Origin: an uncultured Gammaproteobacteria bacterium | GTDB taxonomy: Bacteria > Patescibacteriota > Microgenomatia > Levybacterales > UBA12049 | DNA: 64,000 nucleotides | Assembly: GCA_965230895.1 (NCBI GenBank) | Contig: OZ246394.1 | Span: 505,316 to 569,315 of the forward strand | Direction: 5' to 3' | Shown: positions 1-10,413 of the stretch, in pieces | How positions within the stretch are numbered: the first letter of the stretch is position 1 | Layout: each line of letters starts with the position of its first letter | Program-made: the position numbers and the translations under genes | The notes under the pieces: model-generated | The model's input: the letters and a program-made list of their open reading frames with translations, nothing else | What the model was told of the DNA's origin: nothing | Databases searched by the model: none

Positions 1-39
1 AAGCAGCCGAATAGCGCGACAAATAGGCTTCTTACAGCA

Positions 40-2061
40 TTGACTGTCATTTTTGCCCTCTGGACAGTCGCTAATTATTTTTCTCTTAATTCTTCGTCCG
101 CAGATGCAACACTCTTTTGGATTAGAGCTGTCATGTTTATTACTGCTCCACTTGGACCAGTGCTCTATTTATTCATCAAAGCATTCCCCCATCGAGAACT
201 CCAGATAAATAAATCTTTCCTTTATATATTAACTGGCTTAACTTTATTTGTGATGGCAATTGCATTTACTCCGCTTATTTTCTCAGGTGTAACAATTACA
301 AACCAAATTACTCCAACACCAGCACCTGGAATTGTCTTATTTGCTCTTTTATTCATGGGTCTTCCAATTGTCGGCATCTATGAAATTATCCGTAAGTATA
401 AGAAGGCAGTTGGTGTTGAGAAACAGCAATTAAAATTTCTCGTCTTTGGAATTAGTTTGACATTTATTCTTCTTATTCTTACTAATTTTGTCTTTGTCGT
501 CCTTTTCAAATTATCTGATCTTGTGATTTTTGGACCAATTTTCTCGCTTATTTTTGTTGGATTTATATTCTATGCAATTGTGAAGCATCGCTTACTTGCT
601 ATTAGATTTATCATTGCGAGAACGGTTACCTATTCTTTTTTAATTGCAGTTCTCGCATCCATTTATACATTGGGTGTTTTCTTTATCAGTAGATATATCT
701 TCCAAGAGGAATCAATAACACAACAACGATTTACTTCAGCACTCCTTGCGACATTCATTGTTTTGACATTTGATCCCATAAAAACTGCTGTACAGAAAGC
801 AACCGACCATGTTTTCTTCCGAGGTAAATATAATTCAGATGAACTTATATTAGAACTCACAACAATTATTGCATCAACATTTAAGTTAAAAACACTTACA
901 TCAAATACCATGGCAAAGCTTTTTTCTAAACTGCATATAGAAAAAGGTTCATTTATTATTTATCGAAAACAGCATAAATTCTCAGTCATTACAAAAGGAT
1001 ATAAAAAGCCACCAACATATAGAAAAGAAATTGTCGACCATTTATTTGCATTAAAGCGTATGGTAATTCTTGATGAGGAAAAGGATAAAACAGTTAAACA
1101 GATTATGCATAAGCTCGGTGTAGCTATTGCAGTTCCTCTTTCAGAGCGTGAACAAAACGAAGGATTGCTTCTTCTTGGAAACAAAAAATCTGGAGAAATT
1201 TATACACCGCAAGATATTAAAGTGCTCGAAATCTTTGGCCCACTTATCTCAATTGCTATTCAAAACGCGAAGTCTTATGAAGAAATTAAAGGATTTAATA
1301 AGACATTGAGTGACAAAATCACCATAGCTACAAAAGAGTTACAAGACTCACATGAGAAATTAAAAACACTAGATAAACAAAAAGATAAATTCCTAGGAAT
1401 GGCGTCTCATGAATTAAAAACGCCTATTACGTCTATTAAAGCATTTACACAAGTTCTGTATCGAAGAATTGATCGAGAAAAGCATCAGGATTACGCATCA
1501 CTTCTGGAAAATATTAATACACAAACAGATAAAGTAACTAAGTTAATTAATGATCTTCTTAATGTCAGTAATATTGAAGAAGGTAAACTTGTATTAAAGA
1601 AAGAGATGTTTGATGCAAACGCTTTAGTCGCCAAAACTATTTCCGATATTCAGTACACTACAGATACACACCAAATTATGCGAGAAGGAAAATTGAAAAC
1701 ACAAGTCTATGGTGATGCAGATCGTATAGCTCAAGTTATTGCGAACCTGCTTACCAACGCGATTAAGTATTCACCAAAAGCAGATAAACTGATTGTCAAA
1801 GTTGCTGAAGATAAGAAAAACGCTATATTTACTGTCCAGGATTTCGGACCGGGTATTGAAAAGGGAGATATAGAAAAAGTATTCGAAAGATTTTATCGAA
1901 CAAAGGAACATGAAGAAAGAAATATTGCTGGTTTTGGATTGGGATTGTATATCGCGTCAGAAATTGTGAAACGTCATCATGGAAGAATTTGGGTAACAAG
2001 CCAAAAAGGTAAAGGTGCATCATTTAACTTTACTATACCTCTTTATAAATCAACAAATTAA
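40..2061 (+). CDS. Sensor histidine kinase with polytopic membrane N-terminus and GAF-like linker. It may extend upstream of the window, since there is no in-frame stop before position 40.
   Basis: HisKA H-box MASHELKTPITSIK. HATPase_c G-boxes DFGPGI and GFGLGLYIASEIVKRHHGRIWV. Multiple hydrophobic TM segments in the first 230 aa. Confidence 0.85.
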   Translation: MTVIFALWTVANYFSLNSSSADATLFWIRAVMFITAPLGPVLYLFIKAFPHRELQINKSFLYILTGLTLFVMAIAFTPLIFSGVTITNQITPTPAPGIVLFALLFMGLPIVGIYEIIRKYKKAVGVEKQQLKFLVFGISLTFILLILTNFVFVVLFKLSDLVIFGPIFSLIFVGFIFYAIVKHRLLAIRFIIARTVTYSFLIAVLASIYTLGVFFISRYIFQEESITQQRFTSALLATFIVLTFDPIKTAVQKATDHVFFRGKYNSDELILELTTIIASTFKLKTLTSNTMAKLFSKLHIEKGSFIIYRKQHKFSVITKGYKKPPTYRKEIVDHLFALKRMVILDEEKDKTVKQIMHKLGVAIAVPLSEREQNEGLLLLGNKKSGEIYTPQDIKVLEIFGPLISIAIQNAKSYEEIKGFNKTLSDKITIATKELQDSHEKLKTLDKQKDKFLGMASHELKTPITSIKAFTQVLYRRIDREKHQDYASLLENINTQTDKVTKLINDLLNVSNIEEGKLVLKKEMFDANALVAKTISDIQYTTDTHQIMREGKLKTQVYGDADRIAQVIANLLTNAIKYSPKADKLIVKVAEDKKNAIFTVQDFGPGIEKGDIEKVFERFYRTKEHEERNIAGFGLGLYIASEIVKRHHGRIWVTSQKGKGASFNFTIPLYKSTN

Positions 2062-2116
2062 CTTTCTTACCGAAAACTCACCAAATAAAACAATTTCCGA
2101 TGATACAATATATAGT

Positions 2117-2326
2117 ATGAATGTTCTTGAACGTCCAAAGAAAGGAAGAATTATCGCTGGCGTCGCAGCTGGTATCGCAAATTACTTTCATATCAGAGTT
2201 TTATTCGTGAGAATTATTTGGATATTATTATTTTTGCCAGGTGGTTTCCCAGGACTTTTCCCTTATCTTATTTTATGGCTTCTTATTCCTTCTGAGAAGA
2301 GCAATTCTGAAACCGCAAAAGCATAG
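2117..2326 (+). CDS. PspC-domain membrane protein. The internal ATG at 2117 is the likely start, because the ORF from 2015 overlaps the HK.
   Basis: RPKKGRIIAGVAAGIANYF followed by a TM segment is the typical PspC domain signature. Confidence 0.7.
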   Translation: MNVLERPKKGRIIAGVAAGIANYFHIRVLFVRIIWILLFLPGGFPGLFPYLILWLLIPSEKSNSETAKA

Positions 2327-2355
2327 TCTCACTTGTTTATATAAGCTCAACATTT

Positions 2356-3321
2356 TTGTGCTATGATGCAGATATGAAAACCGCATATAAAAAAGCTGTA
2401 TTTATTATCAATCCTGCAAGCGGACAAGGCGATCCGAACAGAAGAATTAGCGAGATAAAGACTATCGCAAAATCGTATGGATGGACGGGTAAAACACTTT
2501 TAACTACCAAGAAAAAGAATGCTGAAGTTTTGGCCAGAAATGCAATAGCTGATGGAGCGAAGCATATCGTTATTTGTGGCGGCGATGGGACAATTATGGA
2601 AGCTTTACAAGCTGTGATAAATACCCAAGTTGTACTCGGCATTGTCCCACTTGGAACAGGAAATTTACTTGCACAAAACTTAGGTCTGATCTATCCGCTT
2701 GATGAAGCAATCAATATTGCCCTTTTGGGAAAAATACAAAAAATTGATGTAGGGAAGGCAAATGATAAGTTTTTCGCAATTATTGCAGGGATTGGTTTTG
2801 ATGCTGATTTGATGAAAGAAACCAAAAGAGAACTCAAAAGAAAATATGGATTCTTCGCCTATCTTTTCAGTAGTATTAAAGCATTTAATAAGAAATCTGG
2901 CTGGTACGAAGTTTCTGTTGATGGTAAACCCTCAAAGAAGTTTAAAGCAAAGAGTATTATGATTGCCAATATGGGCAAACTACAAGCTGGATTTGAAGCA
3001 GTACCAAATGCACATTATCGAAATGGCATTTTACAAATTGCAATTATTCAAGCTTCGACTCTTCGTTCATTTCTTAATCTTGTCGCAAACGCACTTTTAG
3101 GGACACTACAAAGAAGTCCACATTATACTTTATTAACAGGGAAAAGTGTTCGTGTTTCTCCGTTGCGAGGAGCAAAACCATACCAGTTGGATGGGAACCA
3201 TTTTCCTCCGATAGCGACTCTTGAAGTAGAAATTTTCCCGAAGTCAGTTTCAATACTTGTAACTCCTGACGAAAAGGGTTTAAAAAATAAGCTCCCCTCT
3301 TTATTGCAATTTAAGAAATAG
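2356..3321 (+). CDS. Diacylglycerol-kinase catalytic-domain lipid kinase (YegS/DgkA-like)
   Basis: Motifs ICGGDGT and LGIVPLGTGNLLA typical of the DAGK_cat family. Confidence 0.8.
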   Translation: MCYDADMKTAYKKAVFIINPASGQGDPNRRISEIKTIAKSYGWTGKTLLTTKKKNAEVLARNAIADGAKHIVICGGDGTIMEALQAVINTQVVLGIVPLGTGNLLAQNLGLIYPLDEAINIALLGKIQKIDVGKANDKFFAIIAGIGFDADLMKETKRELKRKYGFFAYLFSSIKAFNKKSGWYEVSVDGKPSKKFKAKSIMIANMGKLQAGFEAVPNAHYRNGILQIAIIQASTLRSFLNLVANALLGTLQRSPHYTLLTGKSVRVSPLRGAKPYQLDGNHFPPIATLEVEIFPKSVSILVTPDEKGLKNKLPSLLQFKK

Positions 3322-3322
3322 C

Positions 3323-3574
3323 GTGTATACTGAAGTGGTTATGTATTATTCACATGATTGCACGTATTGTCACAAAGTATTTTACACGTACAATAGCGAC
3401 CGACACGCTGCTGCTTCTACCTTGTATTATGGTATTAAAAAGCATCTGGTCGATTATAACGAAGATGAAAAAGAACATGAACTTGATGATGGTCCATCAA
3501 TGGATATAGCTCAGATCGAAGGTGCAATGACTGAACTTGCTGATGCTCCTGCAGGAGCATATGAACTAAAATAA
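3323..3574 (+). CDS. Hypothetical small Cys/His-containing protein
   Basis: ORF only. HDCTYCHK may be a zinc-binding motif. Confidence 0.35.
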   Translation: MYTEVVMYYSHDCTYCHKVFYTYNSDRHAAASTLYYGIKKHLVDYNEDEKEHELDDGPSMDIAQIEGAMTELADAPAGAYELK

Positions 3575-3838
3575 TTAGTCTCTCTCCACCGTAATTGTAC
3601 ATTCCACCACAAGGGCAGCGATAGCTCCAACACCTGCAAGTACAGGCGCGATAGCTACACCCACGAGTCCAAGAGTTAATGGGAATACAACAAGAGTTTT
3701 TCCATTTTTATCTTTAATAGTGATTTTTCTGATATTTCCTTCCTTAATTAATTCTTTTACCTTTTTAACAAGGTTTTCTCCATTAACTTCAAAAGATTCT
3801 TCCTTTTTGTTTTCAGTTTTTGTTTTTGCAGCTGGCAT
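3575..3838 (-). CDS. DUF4342 domain protein
   Basis: ITIKDKNGKTLVVFPLTLGLVGVAIAPVLAGVGAIAALVVECTITVER matches the DUF4342 conserved core. Confidence 0.7.
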   Translation of the reverse strand: MPAAKTKTENKKEESFEVNGENLVKKVKELIKEGNIRKITIKDKNGKTLVVFPLTLGLVGVAIAPVLAGVGAIAALVVECTITVERD

Positions 3839-3931
3839 ATAATCACCTCCTTTACGTACTCTATTGTAACACTTCCTATCAATAAAATTGTCATTCTCTG
3901 CAGTCTATCGTATAATAGTTAAGCCCATATT

Positions 3932-5149
3932 GTGAAAATAGGAATATTTACTGACGCTTATCTGCCTCTCCCAAACGGTGTCGCCACAGCGGTCGATAGG
4001 ACTGCACGTGCTTTAGAAAAGCATGGACATGAAGTTACGATAGTTGCTCCCAATGTGCCAGGCTATCAAGATACAGACGATCATATCTACAGACTTCCTT
4101 CTGTTGGATTTTTAGCAACAGGTACAAGATTCGCGCTCCATGTGCCAAATAAAACCCTCCTGCAAATCGTGCAAAAAGAATTTGATGTTATTCATGCTTA
4201 CAATGGTGGTCCAATCAGTCTATTGGCCTGGGAATTGGCAAAAACAAAAAGAATTCCTTATGTCTTTAGTTATTGCACATTGCTTGTGCAATACAAGCAC
4301 TATCTAGGGAAATGGTTGGGCAATGAAGCATTTATGCGCATGCTTAGTCGTGTCATTTGTAATTATTGTGATTACCTTATCGTCCCGACTGAAGCAGTAA
4401 AGAGAGAATTAATAGAGTATGGAGTTGAAAAACCTATGCATGCTCATCCAACTGGAATCGAGCTTGACCTTTACCAATCAGGGAAAAAAGGGTTTATTCG
4501 AAAGAAGCTTGGATTGGGCAAACAAACAAAGATCCTCCTTCATGTCGGTCGATTAGGGAAAGAAAAAGCAATCGATTTTATTATTGATGCATTTGTCCAA
4601 ATTCAAAAGAAAACTCCAGATAGTGTTCTTGTACTTGTAGGTGAGGGTGCTGACAAAGACATTTTGCAGGAGCGAGTTGATCAGGTAGGATTGCATGATA
4701 AAGTTCATTTCCTCGGGGTTTTCTCTCCAGAAAAATTGCCTGATATTTATACAGATGCTGATATTTTTCTCTTTGCTTCACAAACGGAAACGCAAGGACT
4801 TGTAATTCTCGAAGCGCTTGCTTCATCACTTCCGATCGTCGCAGTCAAGGATAATGTGTTCGATGGGATTCTCGAAGATGGAAAGAACAGCTATCTAGTC
4901 AAAAAAGATAAGAACGTTTATGCAGATAAAGTGGTAAAGCTATTGCAGGATGAAAAACTCCGTAAAGAATTTGCAGAACAAAGTTTGAAATCTGCGCAAA
5001 AATTCTCAATTGAGAAGACTGCGATTGAACTCGAAACAATCTTCGAAGAGCTGATTCGTGAATTTGACCAAACGCCTTTAAGCTCTCGCAGAAAATACCT
5101 TTATAAATTCCACGGATTAATGAAGCCATTTTTATTGGTGAGGAAATAA
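3932..5149 (+). CDS. Glycosyltransferase family 4 (GT-B, group 1). GTG start.
   Basis: C-terminal ETQGLVILEALASSLPIVAV motif (E-x7-E). Overall GT4 architecture. Confidence 0.85.
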   Translation: MKIGIFTDAYLPLPNGVATAVDRTARALEKHGHEVTIVAPNVPGYQDTDDHIYRLPSVGFLATGTRFALHVPNKTLLQIVQKEFDVIHAYNGGPISLLAWELAKTKRIPYVFSYCTLLVQYKHYLGKWLGNEAFMRMLSRVICNYCDYLIVPTEAVKRELIEYGVEKPMHAHPTGIELDLYQSGKKGFIRKKLGLGKQTKILLHVGRLGKEKAIDFIIDAFVQIQKKTPDSVLVLVGEGADKDILQERVDQVGLHDKVHFLGVFSPEKLPDIYTDADIFLFASQTETQGLVILEALASSLPIVAVKDNVFDGILEDGKNSYLVKKDKNVYADKVVKLLQDEKLRKEFAEQSLKSAQKFSIEKTAIELETIFEELIREFDQTPLSSRRKYLYKFHGLMKPFLLVRK

Positions 5150-5695
5150 TTAGTGCGTTGGTTCGAGAAGCTTCCAATTATGGGAGACATATGGTTCACT
5201 GCAAAGATTCCTATTAAAACAACATGGTCGTCGCATCCCTTTGTTAAGTTTATCCAGCATAACTTCAAGATGCTTCTGTCGGGTTTCTGCCGTCTTAACA
5301 GCGCGTACCCAACGAATCCAATCCCAACGTGCCATTGGAGTTATATCATGCCAAAGCTCTTCAGCTTTTTCCGATGTCTGTAAAGCTTTTTGTACATCAT
5401 CAGGTACTTCTGGCTCTATCCATTCTTTTGTTGGTTCGAGAGAAACATGTACAGTATCGCCTGCTGAAGCTTTTGCCTGTTTAAGCAAATCTTCATCTGG
5501 TTGAAACCAATGGCTTGGCTTTAGTCCTGGACCATATGTACCATCTGGTTCGAGTAATGTTTTAAACGGGACACCATTAAGAGTTCCCGCAACCATAGTC
5601 ATCCCTCTTGAAGGGAGTTGGACTGACGCTTCGACTGGCAGATGCAAAATCGTCCAGGATTTAATTTTAAAAAGTTTTGTTTCAAATTGAATCAT
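5150..5695 (-). CDS. DUF1905 / YdeI(OmpD-associated) family protein
   Basis: N-terminal DUF1905 beta-barrel (GTLNGVPFKTLLEPDG). C-terminal YdeI-like helix with conserved Trp residues. Confidence 0.7.
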   Translation of the reverse strand: MIQFETKLFKIKSWTILHLPVEASVQLPSRGMTMVAGTLNGVPFKTLLEPDGTYGPGLKPSHWFQPDEDLLKQAKASAGDTVHVSLEPTKEWIEPEVPDDVQKALQTSEKAEELWHDITPMARWDWIRWVRAVKTAETRQKHLEVMLDKLNKGMRRPCCFNRNLCSEPYVSHNWKLLEPTH

Positions 5696-5704
5696 AGCTA
5701 TAGA

Positions 5705-6271
5705 TTATATAACAACCTTTGTTACGTTAAACGTGATACTTGTTCTCATAGATGTAAGTTCTTCAACTTTAGTTCTTTCAAGTTTTATCTTATCTGTATC
5801 TATATTTTCCAAGAGTTTTAGTCCTGATCCAAGGAGCACTGGCATAATATCGACCTGTAGTTCATCGCATAATCCTGAATTAAGACATTGCTGGACAGTA
5901 TTTGCGCCTAAAACTTGAATGTCCTTATCTCCCGCTGCTTTTTTTGCTTGAGAAATGGCGCTTTCAATACCATCGGTTACAAATGTAAAACGGATTTTGC
6001 CATTGCCTTCAGGATACTTTTCAGGAGGATTATGTGTCAGGACAAAAATAGGAGTTTGGAATTCATAGTCATCGTTCGCCCAGGAAAATGGATCTGCCAT
6101 TTCATACACATGCCTTCCCATAATAACAGCACCAGTATCATCAATCATTTTCTGAAAAGAAGGAACCTTATGAAGTTCTCCGAAATCTGGATAGAGCTTA
6201 TCAACACTGCCATTCTTGTCATTAACAAAGCCATCAAATGACATAGCCATACCAGCAATCACTTTTCCCAT
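5705..6271 (-). CDS. Dihydrofolate reductase family protein (RibD C-terminal-like)
   Basis: MGKVIAGMAMSFDGFV, IMGRHVYEM and FVLTHNPP are typical of the RibD_C/DHFR-like family. Confidence 0.75.
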   Translation of the reverse strand: MGKVIAGMAMSFDGFVNDKNGSVDKLYPDFGELHKVPSFQKMIDDTGAVIMGRHVYEMADPFSWANDDYEFQTPIFVLTHNPPEKYPEGNGKIRFTFVTDGIESAISQAKKAAGDKDIQVLGANTVQQCLNSGLCDELQVDIMPVLLGSGLKLLENIDTDKIKLERTKVEELTSMRTSITFNVTKVVI

Positions 6272-6366
6272 ATGGAAATTATAATCTTTTATTAGGACTA
6301 TTCCAAGTCGAAGTCTTGAATGTTAAGCAATTGCTTTACAGGCATAAATAAAATATAATTCCTCAC

Positions 6367-7512
6367 ATGGAAAAACCACGGCCAAGAGAATTAGCTTTTC
6401 ATAAAGAGACTTCAGGAAGGTCTGAATTTACCGTTTTAGATAAAGCTGCATATATTGATCAGCTCCACCAACTAATTCCTCAAGCGCAAAGACGCGTTTG
6501 GTTACAGACGATGACCTTTGATGGGAATGGTCCCTTTGTAGATCTTAAAAATCTTGTTGTAGATTCCGCTACAAGAGGTGTAGATACACGATACACTGTC
6601 GACGCATATCATAAGCTTCTTGTTGCTGGACGTCCATATTACCTTCCAGGCATTAAACCCTCTACTAAGCAAAAGCTGAGAGAAAAAACAGGTGAAAGAA
6701 AAGCTGCATTAGACGAATTTGAGCAGAATAATGTCTTAGTAACTGTTACCAATCCACCAAGCACACTGAAAGAACGAGTTAATCCTGCAAGAGGAAGAAA
6801 TCATATTAAGATGGCAATTATTGATGATGTCGCTTTTGTAGGAGATCTGCATAATTTTGTCAGTAAAGATCAACCTGGTATTATGATAAAAGTAACTGAT
6901 CCATTGCTGGTTAAAGGATTATCAGATGTCTTTACTTCGGCAGCAAAAGGCAGAGGAGGTTCAGATTATGAAATCACTGGGAGCAAGGATACAAAATTAC
7001 TCATTGATACGGGGGTAAACCATCAGTCTCTTATCTTGGACAGAGCTACAGCATTGGCTGATCAAGCAGAATCCTCGATACGTATGCACACACAACATAC
7101 TCCTGATGGTAAAGTCTTAGATGCTCTTCAAAAGGCTCAAGATCGTGGATTAGCTGTTTCAGTAGCAATTGCGGATCCTCAATTGGTGCTTAGACCTCTG
7201 TCAAGATTGTTTGACGCGAGATCACAATTGAAGTTGAAAAGAGCTGGTTATACATTCCCAATCTTAGAAATTTCCAGATGGGTACACTCCAATATTTTAC
7301 TTATTGATCAAGCATTGCCTTCTGCACAAGCAATTGTAGGTACACGATGTTTTTCTGATACGCTTGCAGATTGGGGAACCAATGAAGTTGCATTACAATC
7401 TGAAAATGCAGATTTACTTCAGCAATTAACAGCGCATACGCACAATGTAGAATCTTTAGGAACTCCACGAGATCATAATCGTACTGTAAAGCAAATTGTT
7501 TTTCGTCGGTAA
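6367..7512 (+). CDS. Phospholipase D superfamily protein (one canonical HKD motif, one degenerate)
   Basis: HIKMAIIDDVAFVGDLHN fits HxKx4Dx5-6G..N. Second motif HSNILLID is degenerate. Confidence 0.5.
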   Translation: MEKPRPRELAFHKETSGRSEFTVLDKAAYIDQLHQLIPQAQRRVWLQTMTFDGNGPFVDLKNLVVDSATRGVDTRYTVDAYHKLLVAGRPYYLPGIKPSTKQKLREKTGERKAALDEFEQNNVLVTVTNPPSTLKERVNPARGRNHIKMAIIDDVAFVGDLHNFVSKDQPGIMIKVTDPLLVKGLSDVFTSAAKGRGGSDYEITGSKDTKLLIDTGVNHQSLILDRATALADQAESSIRMHTQHTPDGKVLDALQKAQDRGLAVSVAIADPQLVLRPLSRLFDARSQLKLKRAGYTFPILEISRWVHSNILLIDQALPSAQAIVGTRCFSDTLADWGTNEVALQSENADLLQQLTAHTHNVESLGTPRDHNRTVKQIVFRR

Positions 7513-7529
7513 TCCCGTATAATTCATGT

Positions 7530-8339
7530 ATGGTAAAGATTGCTACATACAACATTCTCTTATCCAGGCATCCTGATGAAATCATAAAGAATATCACTTC
7601 AATGGCTCACGGAGGAGTTGCTATTTTTTGTTTACAGGAAGTTTTAGAGAGTGATGATAATCCTTTTATTATTGAAGAACTGCTTAGTCGCTTGGGTAAG
7701 GATTGGAAAGCAGCTTCCCATGTAGGTGATGGAAAATCATTTCTAGATTTTGGAACAAGTATCATTTGGAATAGTCGAGTTCTCCAACTTGAAAAAACAG
7801 AAAAGATACTGCTTCCTACAGCCAAAAGATTGACCTTTCCAGAATGGGCATTTCATAAACTTGCGGGACTACAAGCCGTGACACCTCCAAGAAGAGCAAT
7901 TAGTTGTTTGTTTAACTCTAATAATAAACAGCTATTAGTAACAAGTGTTCACCTTGATAGTGTTGGCGGAAAAGCTAATCGTTTGAAACAGTTACGCTAC
8001 CTCCTTAGAAAAGCTAATAACAATTATCATATTGTCTGTGGTGATTTTAATAGCTTTGATTTATTGAAAACTGGGCAAGAAGAGAAAAACATACAAAGAG
8101 TACTTGGCGCTACCTATGTTGATGCTACAAAGGATATTGCTTGGAGTGCAGATATTAATCGAATGGATACCCCTAAACATTTTCCATTTTTCATCATGCT
8201 TATTAAGAGCTTACAGATCCACATAAAAAGAAAGCTTGACTATATTTGGGTGAAAAATCTTAACGTGAAAAAATGTAAAGTGTTGGACGCAAAAGGATCA
8301 GATCATCTCCCCGTTATTGCGAATCTCGAATTAAATTAA
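7530..8339 (+). CDS. Endonuclease/exonuclease/phosphatase (EEP) family protein
   Basis: SVHLDS, IVCGDFNS and the C-terminal GSDHLPV catalytic motifs. Confidence 0.8.
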   Translation: MVKIATYNILLSRHPDEIIKNITSMAHGGVAIFCLQEVLESDDNPFIIEELLSRLGKDWKAASHVGDGKSFLDFGTSIIWNSRVLQLEKTEKILLPTAKRLTFPEWAFHKLAGLQAVTPPRRAISCLFNSNNKQLLVTSVHLDSVGGKANRLKQLRYLLRKANNNYHIVCGDFNSFDLLKTGQEEKNIQRVLGATYVDATKDIAWSADINRMDTPKHFPFFIMLIKSLQIHIKRKLDYIWVKNLNVKKCKVLDAKGSDHLPVIANLELN

Positions 8340-8376
8340 TCTTTCTTTCTGCATTTTGGTTAAGTAAAATTGTAGT

Positions 8377-8910
8377 ATGAAACTTATTCTTCTCTATGGA
8401 GCACCCGCTACAGGCAAGTATACAATCGCAACCAAACTTGCTCAAAAAACTGGATATTCCTTTTTGCACAACCATGCCATCCTTAACCCTTTGAGTGAAA
8501 TTTTTGGCTTTGATCATCCTGCTCGAAAGAGACTAGAGAAGGAATTTCGAGTAAGAATAGTTGAGGAAGCCGTTTCTGCAAATATAAACATTATTCTTAC
8601 GGGAGTAATTATGCGAGACAATGAGGGTTTCTATCGAAAATTACTACAAATCGTTGATGAGGCAAAGAATGAGCTATTTTTGGTGCATTTAACTGCTTCA
8701 CAAGATGAACTTCATAAGAGGATAACAAACGATTCAAGAAAGTCATTGAATAAGCTAGTCTCGCAAGAAAAATTAAAAGATTGGCTAGAAAAGTATCCTG
8801 AATCTTTAACAAAATTGGAGTATAAAAAACATTTGACAATTGATACAACGAAGATAGCACCTGATGATGTTGTAGAACAGATTTCAAAACTTTCAATCTT
8901 CACTGAATAG
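8377..8910 (+). CDS. P-loop kinase (AAA_33-like)
   Basis: Walker A GAPATGKYT at the N-terminus. About 175 aa. Confidence 0.65.
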   Translation: MKLILLYGAPATGKYTIATKLAQKTGYSFLHNHAILNPLSEIFGFDHPARKRLEKEFRVRIVEEAVSANINIILTGVIMRDNEGFYRKLLQIVDEAKNELFLVHLTASQDELHKRITNDSRKSLNKLVSQEKLKDWLEKYPESLTKLEYKKHLTIDTTKIAPDDVVEQISKLSIFTE

Positions 8911-8948
8911 TTACACAATAAGAACAAAAAAGCGGCTTCTAGAACTGA

Positions 8949-9458
8949 CTATTTAACATCTACACCAACATATTTGTATAATTTTTGCAGGTTTTCCTCA
9001 ATGGGTTCAACAGAATCAAGTAAAAGATGTGGATACGACCATTCTTCATAGATACCTTTTACTTTTTGTACCTCCTGCCAATCAGCTGGGGTCCATCCTT
9101 CAACCATTTCTGATCTGCTTTTTATTCGTTCTTCCCAGACCTTTTCCTCAGAGCACTTGCAGACAATGAAGTATATTTCAGCATGTGTTTTGCTAGCGAT
9201 TCCAGATATTTGTTCTCTAAGAGATTCTGTAGTAAACACAGCATCAAGAATAATCGAAACATTATTTTGGAGGTTTAGTTTACTTAATTCAAAGAAAACT
9301 TCATACCCAGCTTTACCGTTGAGCGTATCAATTCTTTCAAGACCACGGTCTATGGCATCTTTCGTAATGAGCGCCCATCCGGTTTGTTGAGCCAATCTAT
9401 AACTGAGTGTGCTTTTACCAACACCAGGAGGACCACTAAAAATAACAATCTTAGCCAT
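8949..9458 (-). CDS. P-loop kinase (AAA_33-like), second paralog
   Basis: Walker A GPPGVGKST at the N-terminus. Confidence 0.65.
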   Translation of the reverse strand: MAKIVIFSGPPGVGKSTLSYRLAQQTGWALITKDAIDRGLERIDTLNGKAGYEVFFELSKLNLQNNVSIILDAVFTTESLREQISGIASKTHAEIYFIVCKCSEEKVWEERIKSRSEMVEGWTPADWQEVQKVKGIYEEWSYPHLLLDSVEPIEENLQKLYKYVGVDVK

Positions 9459-9708
9459 ATGAAAATTATACCATCGAGGAATTAACTTGATGCAAAAAAA
9501 GTTTGGGTAAACTACCGAATGATGTTCGAACCTATTTTAGTATTATTTCGGTAGAAGAAAGAGAATTTTTCAAAGCACACCTAGGTATCTTAAAACAAAC
9601 TATTATCTCATGAAATACTTTTCATTTATTGACTTCTAGATTAAATGCTATGCATACCATAATAGTTGTTTTAGCCTCATTATATTGATATAATCCATCA
9701 ACGATATT

Positions 9709-10404
9709 ATGGCTAGACATGAACAAGAGCACACACAAAGAAGAGCGCCTGATGGAAGAGCTTTTTTTGACTCAACAAAAACTAGGGTTGGATTAGAATT
9801 TGCACGAGGGGAGCGTTTTCCATCACCTTACTCAAAAATAGTCCCTAACACAGAAGCGATTAGTAGAGCGGCAGAATGGAGAGCGGGAGGAGAGAGAGTT
9901 GTGATGGTAGACTCTGTTGTAGATATCCCTCATTATCGACATGCAGACTATTTTAGAGCATGTGCAAACTTAGGCAATAGATTAATTGTAAGAGTTGAAG
10001 CTGATGAATTAGTTAAAACCCGTAAAGATCCACGCGGACCTATTGTCCCTTTTGAGGCTCGAGCTTTACACGTAGCACATTATCCATATATTGATGTAGT
10101 TACTGATCAAGTAGTTCATGGTTTAGATTTTCTTGAGGACTTTCAACCAGATGTTCTTGTAAAGTCTGTTACAAGTGGACCACTGATTATCCAACAAATA
10201 GATGAACTCAGTGCACATAGAGAAAGGTATCCAATGGATGTGGTAGTTATGGATCAATTTGCAAATATTGTCGATCCATCAACAGCATATGAAGAAGGTA
10301 CTGCCTACGATGCAGATAAATATGGTTCTGATAAATTATCTGGATCAACAATTAAACAGGAAATTACAAGACGTGTACTTGAAGATCACAGACCAACAAA
10401 CTAG
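9709..10404 (+). CDS. Cytidylyltransferase-like (CTP_transf_like, TagD/RfaE-II fold) protein with a divergent HxGH motif
   Basis: Aligns along TagD/RfaE domain II: VVMVDSVVDIPHYRH ... LGNRLIVRVEADELV ... RGPIVPFEAR ... PDVLVKS. The canonical HxGH is replaced by HYRH. Confidence 0.6.
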   Translation: MARHEQEHTQRRAPDGRAFFDSTKTRVGLEFARGERFPSPYSKIVPNTEAISRAAEWRAGGERVVMVDSVVDIPHYRHADYFRACANLGNRLIVRVEADELVKTRKDPRGPIVPFEARALHVAHYPYIDVVTDQVVHGLDFLEDFQPDVLVKSVTSGPLIIQQIDELSAHRERYPMDVVVMDQFANIVDPSTAYEEGTAYDADKYGSDKLSGSTIKQEITRRVLEDHRPTN

Positions 10405-10413
10405 AATATAAAT

